A program made the position numbers and the translations under genes. Of a DNA stretch of 64,000 bases, positions 24,251-38,420 are shown in pieces. This DNA is from Blasia pusilla. Taxonomy: Eukaryota. Below the pieces are notes generated by a model. The model was not told the origin of the DNA. It worked only from the letters and a program-made list of their open reading frames with translations, and did not search any database. The number at the start of each line of letters is the position of its first letter. The stretch's first letter is position 1. Where the stretch lies: positions 45,136,001 to 45,200,000 of the forward strand of contig CM114271.1 of NCBI GenBank assembly GCA_050084515.1. Direction: 5' to 3'.

Positions 24251-27200
24251 ATCAAATTGAAGAAACTCATGAGAGAACAAGCCATAGTGAAGTCTCCATA
24301 TTTCAATGATTCATTCATAAACTCATCCTAATTGGGCGCTATGTGGTTCTCAAGCTAAAAAGAAACCAATCTTTTCATGGATTGCTCAACTCAACCTCAT
24401 CATCCATGAAGTAACATTGGATCATGAAAACATCCTCCAATACTTTCTAAAAGTCTTACTCTTTAAGACAACTTTGATGTGGTTTCTTGCCTAACTCCCA
24501 ATAGTGGTCTTCTAACATATATCTGGTCTATTTATCAAGTGTCGCCATCACATTGTCTTTTCTGTTCAATGCCTTAACATCAGTTTTGTCTCTTTCCATA
24601 GTGGATTTTGCACATATATCCATCCACGTATAGGTTTTATGGTTCACAAAAAAGTTGACATTGATAGATATATAAATTTCTTGGTTCATTTTTTTCTTAA
24701 GTCTAGTTTGCTTGCGTATAACCATATACTCTACCTATAAGGTTTCACAGTATTTTACATGGGCACATGTGGCTTACACTTCTCTTTATTTAGCAATGAT
24801 TGCCTTGAATTCGAGGGACCGCCATTTTACGGCTATATTACAGATCATAAGTTTCGCTATAGTAATCTCAACAATATTTGTCATCCCAAACTCTCACCAT
24901 GCTTGTACCACATCCACAAAAAATTCTTGTCAACCCAAAGGTCTTCAAGGTAGATTCAATAAAAAGTGTGAAATATCCAAGATTGCACAAAAATGGACAT
25001 GCCCTATAGGTCCCCTATCCGGGTTTCTTTTTGTATCCCAAGTATCCACGCACGAATAGGTGCGGGCTTGGATTAAGAGGCCCTCATCGAGCCCACACAT
25101 GGCCCATGTCGACCCCGCACGAGTCCACCCTAAGCCCCCACTGGCCAACTGCTTGCGCAGGCTCCAAGCCTACCTAGTATGGGCCATGTGGGCTACAAAA
25201 AAGATGGCACCAATGGGCATCGAGTTCCTGAACTCGATGTGGGAACATTGCGGGATGGCCAAAGATGGATCTACATTAAGGGTGGAATGAGTGCGAGTAG
25301 TAGGGTAGTTCCTAAACAAACCACAATGATCCATGATTATAAAGGGTGCTAGGCCTTGAAGGAGTATCTAATATCATCGACACTCCAAGGAAATCCCTTA
25401 GAAGATGTAGAAATCCAGCTCTAATATCTCCTCTAATATTCCAAAATATAGAATGTCCCCTTTGAAAATGTTTGTGTTGTGTTTGGATGCTCACAACTCT
25501 TGCTCAAAAGTGCAACATAATCTGCTATCTTGAGTTTGTATATGTCCACCTCTATATTCTCGCAATTCTCAAGACCTATCTCCTTTTTAATCTCCCATCT
25601 TCCCATGAATCTCGAGATAAAGTTAGAAAAATATCTTATTTTCCTATGATTGCATGAAAATTATGGTCCTCATTTCTTGGGTGCCTCTATAGAGTTAAGC
25701 ATTTCGCAAATGAGCCAACAGCCCGTATATGGCTACCTTGAGATTAGGTGATACTCATCTATGTATTGGTATGGATAGTAGGTCATACATTAGTTGATGG
25801 AGATCATGGGTAATAAGTCCTTTATCACAATTTCTTGCATCATCATATAGACAAGTTGTTCATAAATATATAATATATCCTATGGGCATCTAAGCCAAGG
25901 TAAGTCATTCACCCAAAATTCATCGCTCCACTCTATTCAAAACTCATGGTGGAGGTGGCCTATGTACCCTACTATCTTCCCCTTCAACCAACCGGACCTC
26001 CAAGTCCATATCCATCTCTCTACATGCTTGTTTATAGGAGTTTGTGCCTTTGACCAAAAACATTAGTACATCGACAAGGGCATCACATTACCTTTAGATA
26101 GGATCCTCAAGGTGTTGGATCAACACGCCCTACATGTTTTAGAGGCAAACCACAAGCTCATGTAAGAAGAAACATCAACTCATCCATACACAAGTAAATG
26201 TTTCAATGTCCTCAAGATTTCCTAATATCAAAGTAATGACATGTACTCAAACTCCAATGGGGAAATATATTGAGGCACCACTCTTGATTTATTTTTGAAC
26301 AAGTATGAGTTATCTAACCCCTACATACAATCTTCATGTGTCGACCAATCCAAGTATGTCGCAGTAGATAGGACATTAATGAGCTCTCTTGTCGTATCCA
26401 ACCTCATGGCACGCTCGCGGAGAAAATATTCATTCCACATGAGTATATGATGGTCCTCAATTCTCTATCATAAAATCCCTCCAACCAAGGTCTATAAGCT
26501 AGACATAATACACCACTACATTCACAACTATCTTGCAAGTGCTAAGTGTTGCAATTTAGTGGCAATATATAGATAAAAATAGCTACAACATAGTCACAAG
26601 TTTGCAATTGGGTCACTCATAAGACAATCGCAAGATCACATTTTTGAATCACATGTTGTGACTTCCTCTCTAGGTAGTCACAATGTATGATTCTAAAAAC
26701 TCTAAAGCATGATTTTTTTTTACAATCGAAACTCAATCGCAAGACAGTCATAAGTAGCCGCAAAGTGGCCGCAATGCAATTACAAGGACTCAAATAGTAC
26801 TCATAACATAGTCAATTTTTTGCAAATGACATGTCGTTCATGTTGTGAAATGGGTTATTTTTTTAAATAAATTAATAGAATTCCATTGCATTACCAAATT
26901 CAAATTCATATTTGAACACATGCAACACTTGTCAAAATGGATTTATATACAAATGAATTTACAAAATGGACATACGCATGGAGTTAATCTTATCTACATT
27001 GTGGTCTTGCACCTTACGTGCCACACAGACAAGGTTGTGCTAAATCCATAGATGGTCCAACAACTAAAGAGCATGTGACTATCCACGGATGGTACCGCTA
27101 CTACTTGGCCTATGGATGCTACTAGAAGATTCCATGTGGTGCCTATTATGAATAGGTCCATCAGATCTACTAGGTCTGCTACTTGAGGATAAAGTTTTGT

Positions 27201-27299
27201 TATGCCTAAGTGCAACTACTAGCTCAATGAGGCATCTCTTGTGATCGTATGCATACGAGCACGAGACTCCTCTTCCTCGTTGTACAAGACTTTGTGCTA

Positions 27300-27900
27300 A
27301 TCCAAATGGTCAGATTCAACAATTGGATCCGACTAAAGTAATGCAAGCACACATTCAATCGGATGAGGCATCCCATGTTGCACAATACGCCCCACTAGGT
27401 GTCATTAGTATCACAAACCTGCAAATGACCTAAAAAATGGACTTTAACATAGATATTTTCGTGTTAGTAACTTACTATGGATGCTATAACATCTTGGTTA
27501 AGAAGACGTCATCTCTAGTCTTCCAACCTTCCCTCACATCATCTATTATCTGGAGAGTTGGGTACTATCCATACTTCTCAAACAACACAAAACACTCCCA
27601 CATAGTTAGTTAACCTTCATACATTGTAAAAGTGCTAAAAGGAGTTCTCATAACTACATATCTAAATGCATTTTCTCCTCCTTAGTCTAAAATCTCCAAC
27701 TAGGCCCAACTCTGAACTCCCTATGAAGAAGTGCCACCTACAAAGCGCAATTGTTGTTGGTAGGTGTTGTCATATCTAACACCCACATCAAACTCTCCTC
27801 TACTCCCTTTTAAGCCAACCTCACCACCTCGCGCTCCCTTGAAGTCACCATACGAAGTATACCTCCAGATTTTGCTTTCCATACACTCCAGAGATATTTT
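27300..27900 (-). pseudogene. Possible decayed LINE APE endonuclease fragment
   Basis: G-rich GSRG/GV motif near 27780-27810 and a terminal ESDH at ~27306-27317; lies upstream of the RT fragment on the same strand. Confidence 0.3.
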
Positions 27901-30266
27901 CATGCCATTCTAGAACTCCATGGTAGTAAAGTTTCAAATATTCACTAAATATGTGGTGTCATATTGAGTCACACGTTGATAACTAACATGTGTTACACAT
28001 AGACACCTTCCTACACACAAAGCAAAGTAACTTCTTTTCTATCAGCATCCAAGAACCCAGAAGTGAACATGAGGCTCCTCAAGGCCTCTAGCTCTCACAT
28101 GCTCTCACTCCACCAGGGGTGCCACTATTTGCCTCCCCGGATGTAGCTTGCCCACCATCACTACTCTCCAATCCCACCCTTACATTGTTCCCTTGCACAA
28201 TGGAACTATAGCTGCAAGAACAAAAATACGGCGACAAAACTCCTCCTACCACACTTGCATAAATACCTTCATAGGTGTAGTGTTGGATTCAAGGATTGAA
28301 TCCAAAACACTAGACACAAAATATGGAGCATCATGTTGATCCAACCTCTAACTCTAGGTCAAAGGAACCCCCATGTGAACTATGGCCTCTAAAAAAGGGG
28401 CATAACTATCCATCCATGTTGGATCCCCATAACTACTTCCTTGCGATTGTGGGTACTCCCGAAATCCTCATAAAAAATTATATTTGTGGCTTGCGAGAAG
28501 CTGCAACGTAGTCGCACCATGGACCGTTAATCGGAAAAAAAAATTTCAGAGGAGCGCGTGCTAAGAGTCACACAATAATCGCATCATAGTGGCAAATTGC
28601 ATCCATCTACTCTATTTTAGCCTTTTCAACCCCATTTTCACACACTATCCCATCTCCCATCTCCCCATCACCTTCTTTGCCCATAAAGTGTTCCTTGTTG
28701 TTAGATATGATGTTGCGACCTAGAAGGACACGGGGATTTTTTATTTTGTGTTTACAAGAGGCGGCTCTCGAATGCATATCTAGATAGTCTGGAAGATTGA
28801 TCCAATGACTTATCTCCATTCGTAATGCAAGTTTTTCTCTTGACTAATTGGTTGTATGTGACATTCAAACTCAACTTGAGGGAGAGGTATATTGTACCTA
28901 TTTGTTACACTCTCTATTTGGGATCGATTGCACAAGGGAAAATGATATAATCTATATGGAGCTTGTGCCCAAAATGCATTTTTGTCCCTCCTCTCATCAA
29001 ATTTTATTGGACGGAACAAGAGCTTATCTCCATCACTCTCAATGTTCCATGCTCTCTTCTCTAAAACATGAAACTAAAAACCACAATGCTTGTTGTTAAC
29101 AATTGAGCCTTTGGCCGCTACTCTGTGCGACAATGAAGATTCTCCCCTCAAGCTCACGCATGAATGATGATAAACCTCCGGCTCTTGGGTTTAGATCGAT
29201 TGATCAATGGACAGAAAATTATTACATAACGGATAAAACATTAAAAGTGCAAGTGAAAGACATAAAGATGTGCAATTTTTTTGGCTTGAATCTGAAACCA
29301 CATACGAAAATCTGACAAAATTGCACTTGTATTCAAAAGTGCAAGTGAAAGCAATAAAGATGTGATATTATTTGATAGTATGCATACAAGAGGACAAACC
29401 TAGCCCTCACCAAAAATATGGCTAAGGAAATATACACATTTATGATTTTGACAAATGAGGGAGGGGAACTTATGGATTGTATGCTTGCCTTAGTTTTCAT
29501 GTGTGGGACTTCCGTGTGGTCGCTGCCCCTTTATAGCTTGCCTACCCTCCATCTTCAGCCTTCTCTATCCTCCACCACTTTCTTCTCCAAATTATAGAAC
29601 TTCCAACATATATTTGTATTCTACATAGGTTCGTGTGCTCTCTCCAACACTATGTGTCTCCCTCATAGTGTTGAAAAAACTTTGAATACTAATATAACAT
29701 CTGTCCCAAATAGAACAAGCTGAAAATCAAATCAAATAATATCAACAAAGGCTATGAGAAGTTGGCGTTAGCCCTTTTCTTGAAGATGTAGCATAGGAAT
29801 TATCTGGCAAGTGGCTTCACTTCTTATAAAAGCCCACTTTCCCTAAAAATTACCACCTTGTCCTCAAACATTAGTATAGTTGAAGAACCCCCTTGGAAGG
29901 GACAAAGAAAAAACCAAAGAAGGATAGAAAACCCCTCTTCCCTTTGTCTCCTTGTCTCCTCCTCCCTCTCTTTTCCATTCCCTGTATGACGCACCCCTCT
30001 TCCCCTTAGTCTTTGTCTTGTCCTATCTCCCGTTCTATGTTCTTCCCCTCCATGATACCTCTCCCCTCTATTTGTTTGCTCTCTGGCCCTTCTCCAACTT
30101 TGTGTTTGTGCTTTGACCCCTCTCCTCAATTGTGTTTGTCATATCTCCCCTCCACGGAGCCCAAGGGCTCCTTTTCCGTTTCCCTTTTTTGTTCTTCTCG
30201 ATGAGCACAACTTTTAATTGATGACTTAGTACACGTAAATACGTGTAGGTACAATTTTACATAACA

Positions 30267-30296
30267 CTAGTGAGAACGCCCATGCAATGCATGGGC
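30267..30296 (-). mobile_element. Helitron 3' terminus
   Basis: Perfect 9-bp stem GCCCATGCA/TGCATGGGC, 7 nt from CTAG|T. Confidence 0.7.
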
Positions 30297-30333
30297 ATAG
30301 ATAGTAGAGTAGTTTTTTCTTTGATAGTTTAAT

Positions 30334-30510
30334 AGGCACCTTTGAAAGAGGAGGTGAGTTTCTACTCTCGGGTGAAACTTTTGGTCACCTTAGCTTCTCA
30401 CCTCCTCTCGCACACCTTTATTTGTCTACTCCCAAGAAATATCACTCACTCTATGGAGGATCCACTACATCCGGGAGAGTAGAAACCCACCTCCTCTTTC
30501 ATAGATGCCT
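30334..30510. mobile_element. Small MITE with ~40-bp imperfect TIRs
   Basis: AGGCACCTTTGAAAGAGGAGGTGAGTTTCTACTCTC pairs with GAGAGTAGAAACCCACCTCCTCTTTCATAGATGCCT. Confidence 0.7.
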
Positions 30511-33500
30511 TCCATAACGACAATTTATTCACTTCTTGTAATAAATTATTATTTTTTCTCCCTACTCGTAGTAACCCCTTTAATGGTAGAGATTACAAAT
30601 TAACAAAAATGAGAAAAGTAATTATTTATCTTCTTTGAGATGAAGTAAAATTTTCCTTTTGGTCAGGATTTTGAATGGCGTACATTAATCTAATATTTAC
30701 ACTTTTAACACATTCCAAAAGCTGGAACACATGACGACTTCCTTGTTTCCAAAAGCTGTCTTGTCTAAAAAAAAACATTTCCATGAGAAAAAAAAGAAAT
30801 ATCTCTAGGGTGGAACACAACTTCCCACTTTATACCCTACGGACTTTACACATAAGGCTCTACACTTATGTGCATATAGATGCCTTTATAATTAATAGGC
30901 ATGTAAAGTTACCAATCCTCACAAACTATTTATATATTTAAGCAAAAGACTTTTGTTTTACTAGAGAGGGTTTGTATTAAAAAATGTTAGTCCCATTTGC
31001 CTACGTTCGGATCATTTTCGTTACATTTTTTCAATTCACTTAGTGGAACATGAATCTCTTCCCGTAGAACAGTTTGGACTGCATATCGGAAAAGTCTAAT
31101 GTTGGAAACTATCTGAATGAATCCCGAAAGAAATAAATTATTTTAAAATAAAAATAAAAAAACTAGAAACTTCTGTGGCTTTAGGGAAAAGCACCAAATC
31201 TTGTTCCCTGCCTCCGTCCGTCTGTATTCCGTATAGCTTTGTCCGACCAGAAAGTGACCATAACTCCCGGACTTTTATGGGGTGGGTGGTATTGGAATGG
31301 AAGAAACCATACTCACCACATGCTTTGAAAAACAGCATCTGTTGTAGGTATGCGACTAAAGGTTACTAAAGGTGTACCCTCAACAGAAAGCTCCAACTCA
31401 TCAACCGTAGCCCCAATGGCGACTTCAGTGGCGACTGTAGACAGTAGCGTTCACGCCGGCTTTAGCATACAGGCGGAGCTTTCTTTTATTTATTTATTTA
31501 TTTAAATTCTTTTTTTAATTAAGCATCTCTCTAGGAAATTTTTCGATTAGAGGAAAGAATTATTTTTTATTCTATGATATTATTATTTAATGGTTAAAAG
31601 AGACAAGTCATGTCCACTTTCTTATTAGAAACTAAGAAAGAGTGGACTCCCATTCCGATAATATCACATGTATCCTCCCTCTCACAAATGCGAATTATCA
31701 TTCTCATGGTAGCGAAGAAAGTACAGAAAATACTCAATTTACATTCAGTAGGTATTTTTTTAATGTATGCTTGAAAAAATAGAGTGTCATGGCCCATAGT
31801 AAAGCTTGCTGTATATGAATCTATTTTTTTGGCCGATCCAAGTTATCCAACTGATTGCAAGTCTTGGGTTGCCTTTTAATTGGTTGCAAGTTTTGTGATG
31901 CCTTTTCGACCTTGGAGGACCCTTCTCTAATTTGGTATTTGATATCGTGATCTTTATGAGATTGAATATTGTTACATCATAGAAAGTCGACAAGTAGAGT
32001 TCTATTGTCTCGCCGACGTAGAGAGTCAACGGGTTTTTGGGCATAACTTTTTCTTGAGGTATCACATGACTTTTTTGACAACTTAGTTAAATCGGAATCA
32101 TGGTTGAAAGTGGAGTTGGATGTGTGAATTATTTTTAATCCAAATCTTTTTTGACATCTTGGTGTGCATGTATGGGTGTATTTTTGTCCGTGTACAGATT
32201 TTTCCTATGTGTTTGAAGGATTTTTTGTATGGAGATGTGATCAATGATGTGTATGCATACAATAACATGGAAACAAATAGATAGTAGTTACATATGAGAT
32301 AAACAAACTGCATATGAAAGCAACTAGTTTGAAACTAAGAGCACCGTGCTTATGGCGATTTGAGAGTTTGATCGGAATAGAATTATGTGAGCCAACATCT
32401 AGAAGTTTGAATGTAGATGAGATATATCAAATAGTTCAAGTCACGAAAAGAAATGCATTCTAGAATTGAAATTTCGCCTTTATTGATATTGAATATGTCC
32501 TCTGCTCATATTCAATTTGTCCTTTGTTGAATTTGGTATAATCTCTTCTCATTAGACAAGAGTACATTTTGGGTTCTAGAATGACCAAAGTGTACACCAT
32601 GAATAAAAATAACTGAAAGGAAGGTAAATTCCCCCCTTTTAAGTAGTCTTGATGCTTCGAGGTAGTCGTTTGAAAATCCAAACTTCTAACGAGTACCACA
32701 ACCCATAGGAAATTCCTCTACGAGCACCTTGGTTGAAAGATTTCACCTACAGTCCCCGAATATTCTAACAATAGTCATCATGTGATCTATGGCCATTAGA
32801 AATCCAATAGTATAAATGTAGATATTTTACTTTTCATGCAAAATCTCTTTCCCATAGAAAATTCGTATGTTTCTAGAAAGCCATTTTTGTCTCCATGTTT
32901 TAGAATATGGAATTTTTGACACATATTAAATGGATTTCAAATGTGTGAATCTCTTTGAAGCACGCAAATAGAACTTAAACAAAATTGTAGTGAGGATTCC
33001 TTTTTTAAGCATTATAACAAGATCTACAAAAGGGCATTTGTCATGAGGAGAACGGCCCTATTCGCAAATGAATGATGGAAGCACATGTTTTGAGGGAGGC
33101 TTGCTTTTTTTTTTATGCCTTATGGCCTAGAGAGACACAACACATATTATGAAGGGAGAACCCTGTTTCCAAAGGCCCACCTTTGGTTAATAGTGTAGAC
33201 TAGTAATTCATTGCTTTTGCGATGTATTGGTTTAGATGGTCTTAAATGGAAAAAAAATCCATGTGGAGGCTGATAATGTGAAGACATTGGGCAAGCATTG
33301 AATTCATAAATTTTAACAATAAAATAGAAAATATTAATATTAGTGAGTTTTTTCTTGAATAGTAAAATAATGGATCTCTACACTTTCTTTGAAACAAAAT
33401 TCCCTTATTAATCAAGGAAATAATTAAGTTATCTTTATATTTTCTAATCCTCTTATATTACTCAAGGAAAGAAATACCTCAACTTTATCAAAAAATGATT

Positions 33501-36500
33501 CAAGAATATATTTAAGATTTTCCTCCCAAACAAGATTGAAAATTAAAAGTAATGTAGAAAGAAAGTCTCTCTCATCATTTTGACAAATACTTCATGTCTC
33601 GTCATTCTCATTATCCTTTTTAAGAATTTTCCAAAACATTTATTCATTTTCCATCCAAGCTAAACTAGAAAATTGAAAATTTTAACTCTTTTTTTAAATG
33701 AACCTTTAATCCAATAAATTTTGTTTTTAAAAGGAGAAATGATAATGAAGGACACTAAGGATGCTTTCGTGGAGATTGGAAATATTTTAAACAATCTAAT
33801 TTAAATTTATGCTAGCAATTGAGGATGGGTTTAACGCCCTTCATCGTGTTGAAAGCTGTAATTTTAAAGGGGGAGTCAAATTAAGGAAGGAAGAGGAGGG
33901 AATTAAGTTAAGGGGAGGGGAGAGGAGAGTACATATAAGGACAAGGGAGTCAGAGAGGGGAAAGGCAGATTTTTTTATAAATATTCTTCAAATATATTTT
34001 CTCTAGCATGGGCAACACTGTAGTTTAAGATAATTATGTAATTTTAATTAAAAAGTTAAACTTTAAATTTAAAACTTACACTAAAATGTTTTTTTAATAA
34101 AAGGAAAAATCATGAATTAATCGAAAAGTAAAATTTTCTCCTTAAACTTACTTTTCAATTTAGTATGAGGGTAAATTAAAAGGAGATAGGATAGGTGGCA
34201 TTCATTCATAGGCTTAATGCAAATAATGGTACCATTATCTTCTACATAAAAGGAGCCCACGATAATTTCATAACATTAGTGTGTTCTCATTCCATATGCG
34301 AGATTAAATTATCTCTCAAAACAAGAATCAAGCCTTAGAATTATTAAATATCATTTAAAATAAAGGCGAACAATCCTAGTGACAGGAAGTGCCAATTGTC
34401 AAAAGACACTCTCCCTTTACATGTGGTGTGTTTGTCTGATTCGGGTAAAGTTCGGTATCCGTGCCTAATGGATTTTGGAGAAGGCCAATATCTACAAGTA
34501 TGCATTTCATTGTTTTCCTATCCTACAAAGATGGATGTCCACACTCCCATCTCACTCGCTCTCTTTCATGATGGAATGGGAAAGTGGAACCCGTTCTGAT
34601 GAATAAGCTTCCTATAAACTATAGTAGGCGAGTCCGCCTCGGGATTTTGGTGGTATGCATCTTTTCATCACATATGCAAGTCGACCGCGTGCGTTTGGAT
34701 ATGTGAGGTCATTGTATAATTGGCATGGTTGATTAGAACCTTGATTGCAAGACTAGTAAGGCGCTCATGCGATGCACACAAGAGGTTAAGAGTTTTATTT
34801 TGGTAAGTTGCTAACAATTTTGGACATACAAATCATGCTCAAGTGGGGTCTTTGCCCCAAATGCGTCACATGGTATGATCTCTATAAATTTTCTTCCATC
34901 CAAGTATTTCTTTTTACAATACATTTCATGTAGAGTCACCTTCCTTATTTAAATGTTCATCACTTCGAATGGTAATGTGGATGGAACTTCTCTTCCCTTC
35001 TTTAGATAATGCTACGTACAATTGACCATGAGAAAATAGGGTACTAGGCAAGTAAAGATCAACCTTTTGCAAAATTTGACCTTTAGACTTATTAATAGTC
35101 ATAGTAAAAGTTGGCTAAATAGCGAATTGAAATCTACGTAAATCAAATCGCAAATTGGAGTAAAATGCAATTAATGGGATGCATGGAATAAAAACTTGAT
35201 CTCCAAGATTCTTCCATGTGATGATTTCAACATTTATGCAGTGTTGCATAAGTCCATGAATCACCAATCTAGTTCTGTTTGTTTGTCCATGTGATCCGTT
35301 CATGTTTTGTAAGAGCATGATTGGTGCACCAATCTAAAAGACAAGCGATGCGGAGATAGTCCAGAAGTCAAGCATGTGTTCAAAAATTCAATTCGATAGA
35401 TATGACTCATCCCCTCATTTGGAATAGAATCAGCGTTGAGCTTAATATGCTCATGTACACAATATGTATTGAATTGGTGAGATTAAGTAGTATTACTATC
35501 CAAGAAACCAAGACATGATATCTCCATTTATTTTGTGAACATCCTTATTTCTCGATGTCAAAATAGCCATGTCTCTCAAGAAATAAATTTCATGGAATCG
35601 GATATGAGAATTGTAATGGATCAAATCAATAAGATAGCATATTTTATTACTATTAGTGATAATTCCACATGATAATTGTATAAAGTCTTATCCCAAATAA
35701 GGATGCAAACGTACACGACCCTCTCCCACTTCCAATAATCAATCATAAAAATCTTGTTGTTAAATACGCAATTGACCTTCCAAACTTTGAACTTACATGT
35801 TTGTTGTCAACTTCATGACCTTTACATTAGACCAAAGACATGACTTGTTTATAGAGGCTTGGGCGATTGGCGACCAACCCCTCTGAAGAACAACAATAAA
35901 AACTTCACAAAAGTTACAACCAAATATCATGAATTTTCCACAATATGGTATTTGTTGTAGATCATCAGAGATTGTTCCCGTAATATATTATAAAGAGCGA
36001 TTCACAACCTTGAATGCATGACGATGAGCAATAGGTGTTTTTTCCCATACAATAAGCATCACATCACGGATGAAACGCGCTTTGTCACTATTGATTGAGA
36101 AACTACAAACGACTCAGGGAAGTAAATTAGAATTTGCAACACATGATCAACGTAAGAAATTGTATGCACTGATATAATTAGACGTAAGGCGGGTAATGAC
36201 ACTTACTTGCAAGTAGAGCTCTCATAAAGATTCATAGGGATCTTGAAGTGTGAATGGGCAATATGTTATCCATCTAACAATAGAGCAACTATTTCGGATG
36301 ATGCTACTGCCAAAATTATATCTCTTGCACTCCTTACACTTACAAGGAGAAGATTATATAAATATAGCTTTCTCATTCCACTTGGACCATCAATGAAATA
36401 TTTTTTTGGAGATGGTGGAGCATTCCTACATATTTTATCAAGCTCATGATATATAGAATCTTGTTCCTCCAAATATGAATGTGAACAAAGGCTTTGGAAA

Positions 36501-37532
36501 TTAGCTTGGGGCATGTTAGGAAAGTCAAACAGTCTCTTTCCTTGATCTTGTAAGTAATAGTGAACTTCCAAAAATGCAATATTGATCATAACATCATCAA
36601 AGGAAAGATTAGAAATTCCTATTTTCTCCAATGGAAAAGTTTTGAAAGGTGTTCAGATCATGGTTAGTTTCTTTAATGCTCAATAGAGGGTACTATTAGG
36701 AACAAAACGAAGTATTTAAGGAGTGATCGTGATGATTTCTTATCTCACATTGCTCCCATAAGAGATATTATATGAATGGAACCAAAAATGACTCCATAGC
36801 GAATGGAACCAAAAATGACTCCATAGTGTAGTAGCTAGTTGGGTCGGTGTGTTGTAAGCTAGAATAATTACAAATAGGTGGCAAAGTAAAGAACCCGTAC
36901 GGATCATAAAATCTTCCTCAAAGCAAGAGAACACTTCCCTATCAACCTCGAGAAGTCCCAATTGGATTGCAATCTCCTTGAATGTTAGACATAATACTCA
37001 ATCAATAGTTCTCAAACATTCGTATATATATAGTTGCTCCTCAAACATTATGGAGTAATCTTAGCCAATGACGTTCTCCTTCACCTATGGATGAGTGAAA
37101 TAAATTACCTCATCCCTTTCCACAATAATTCATTCACTTTTGAGGATGGAATATAAAACAAAAATCTAATGTACAAAAAATAGCATATAATTAACTTTTG
37201 AGTATTTGCATAGATGAGTATGTATATGTGGCCAATGGAATGACCACAACCAATTTTTTTGTATCCTAAAAATTCATCTTTTTTTAGTCCAATGATAATA
37301 TGAATGAAAAATCTGTATACATATATTGATAGGCAGTGGAGTCAGATAGATAAGTTGTAAACCATTATGTTAGAGTTGTCTCTCTATTTAGTTGCAAAAC
37401 ATCTTTGGGGGCGTCAACATCATTGAAGTACACCATTTACTACTCTGGAAGATGAATAACTAATTGCACAGTACTTGGAAGTCCAACATGTAGACTAAAC
37501 TTGAAGAGTCGCCAATATGCCTTCATAGAAGA

Positions 37533-38106
37533 TGTCGTGCGAATCCACATCGTCATACAACATACATCGTTGACATACCATACTCACATACATACATAAC
37601 ATAGACGAGAGTATCCACAAACACAAGTGTACCACAACTCGAAATGCGTGAAAGACCTACTGTCATAAAACACGTTTACAATCACATACAATCGAGCCAA
37701 ACCCACTCCACGATGGGAGAATCTAGGTCGAAGCTTGCGGGAAACACCATAGCCAAGAGCTCTACTCACTACTAAGGCTAACTCCCAACGCAATAGGCTC
37801 AACTCAAAGAACTGACTGTTCTTTGAGTGCACTCCACCTTATATCCTCCAACCTAAGAGCGGGCCCTATTGGGAAAGTCACCCCCAACCCTATGTATGGA
37901 ACCGCATCTCTACCAATCCACTACGGTCCTACATAAGGAATGGCCTCTACTAGCACACCATACTCTATGACATAATCCGTATCGTCATGACAAATTATCT
38001 ATCGTGAATCCACATCGTCATACAACATACATATTTGACATACCATACTCACATACATACATAACATAGACGAGAGTATCCACAAACACAAGTGTACCAC
38101 AACTCG
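37533..38106 (-). repeat. 3' terminal block B1 (38106-~37996), A2 (37992-37642), B2 (37641-37533)
   Basis: B1 and B2 are near-identical ~105-bp repeats; A2 matches 46887-47252; the PPT AGGGGGG (38113-38107) abuts B1. Confidence 0.92.
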
Positions 38107-38276
38107 CCCCCCTAACTAGAGGTTAGGTCCCTCTAACTCCCAGGTAGCCCTATACATCTACTACATGCTATACACCTTCTTGGGTGCCCGAATCAGAAGG
38201 CCGGGTGCTAGGTTGCCCCATCGTTAGTCGCACATCTGTAATCCATATCATGCAAAGATCAAGTCATCTACCTCTC

Positions 38277-38420
38277 CTAAGTACATCGAGGACAAACCCA
38301 CCTTCCAAGAGGAACAACATCCAAACGTGGAGTCAAACACATCATGTGCCAACCCCTAGAACACCGATCACACACCAACATACGGGTGGGTTACCAAAGC
38401 AGACCCACACAACATGCACC
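38277..38420 (-). pseudogene. PHD finger at the C-terminus of pol (copy 1)
   Basis: CMLC..MLVCDRCSRGWHMMCLTPRLDVVPLGRWVCPRCT-stop (C4HC3), with one frameshift. Confidence 0.9.

Noticed and set aside
28600-34700. Many 60-100 aa ORFs
   Set aside because: No recognisable motifs or consistent exon structure; AT-rich intergenic or TE debris.
36773-36826. 27-bp tandem duplication (LWSHFWFHS x2); also a short duplication at ~22088-22138
   Set aside because: Ordinary slippage in decayed repeats.
37533-38106. Repeat-spacer-repeat pattern suggesting a CRISPR-like array
   Set aside because: Only two ~105-bp repeats, in a eukaryotic context, explained as retroelement termini.
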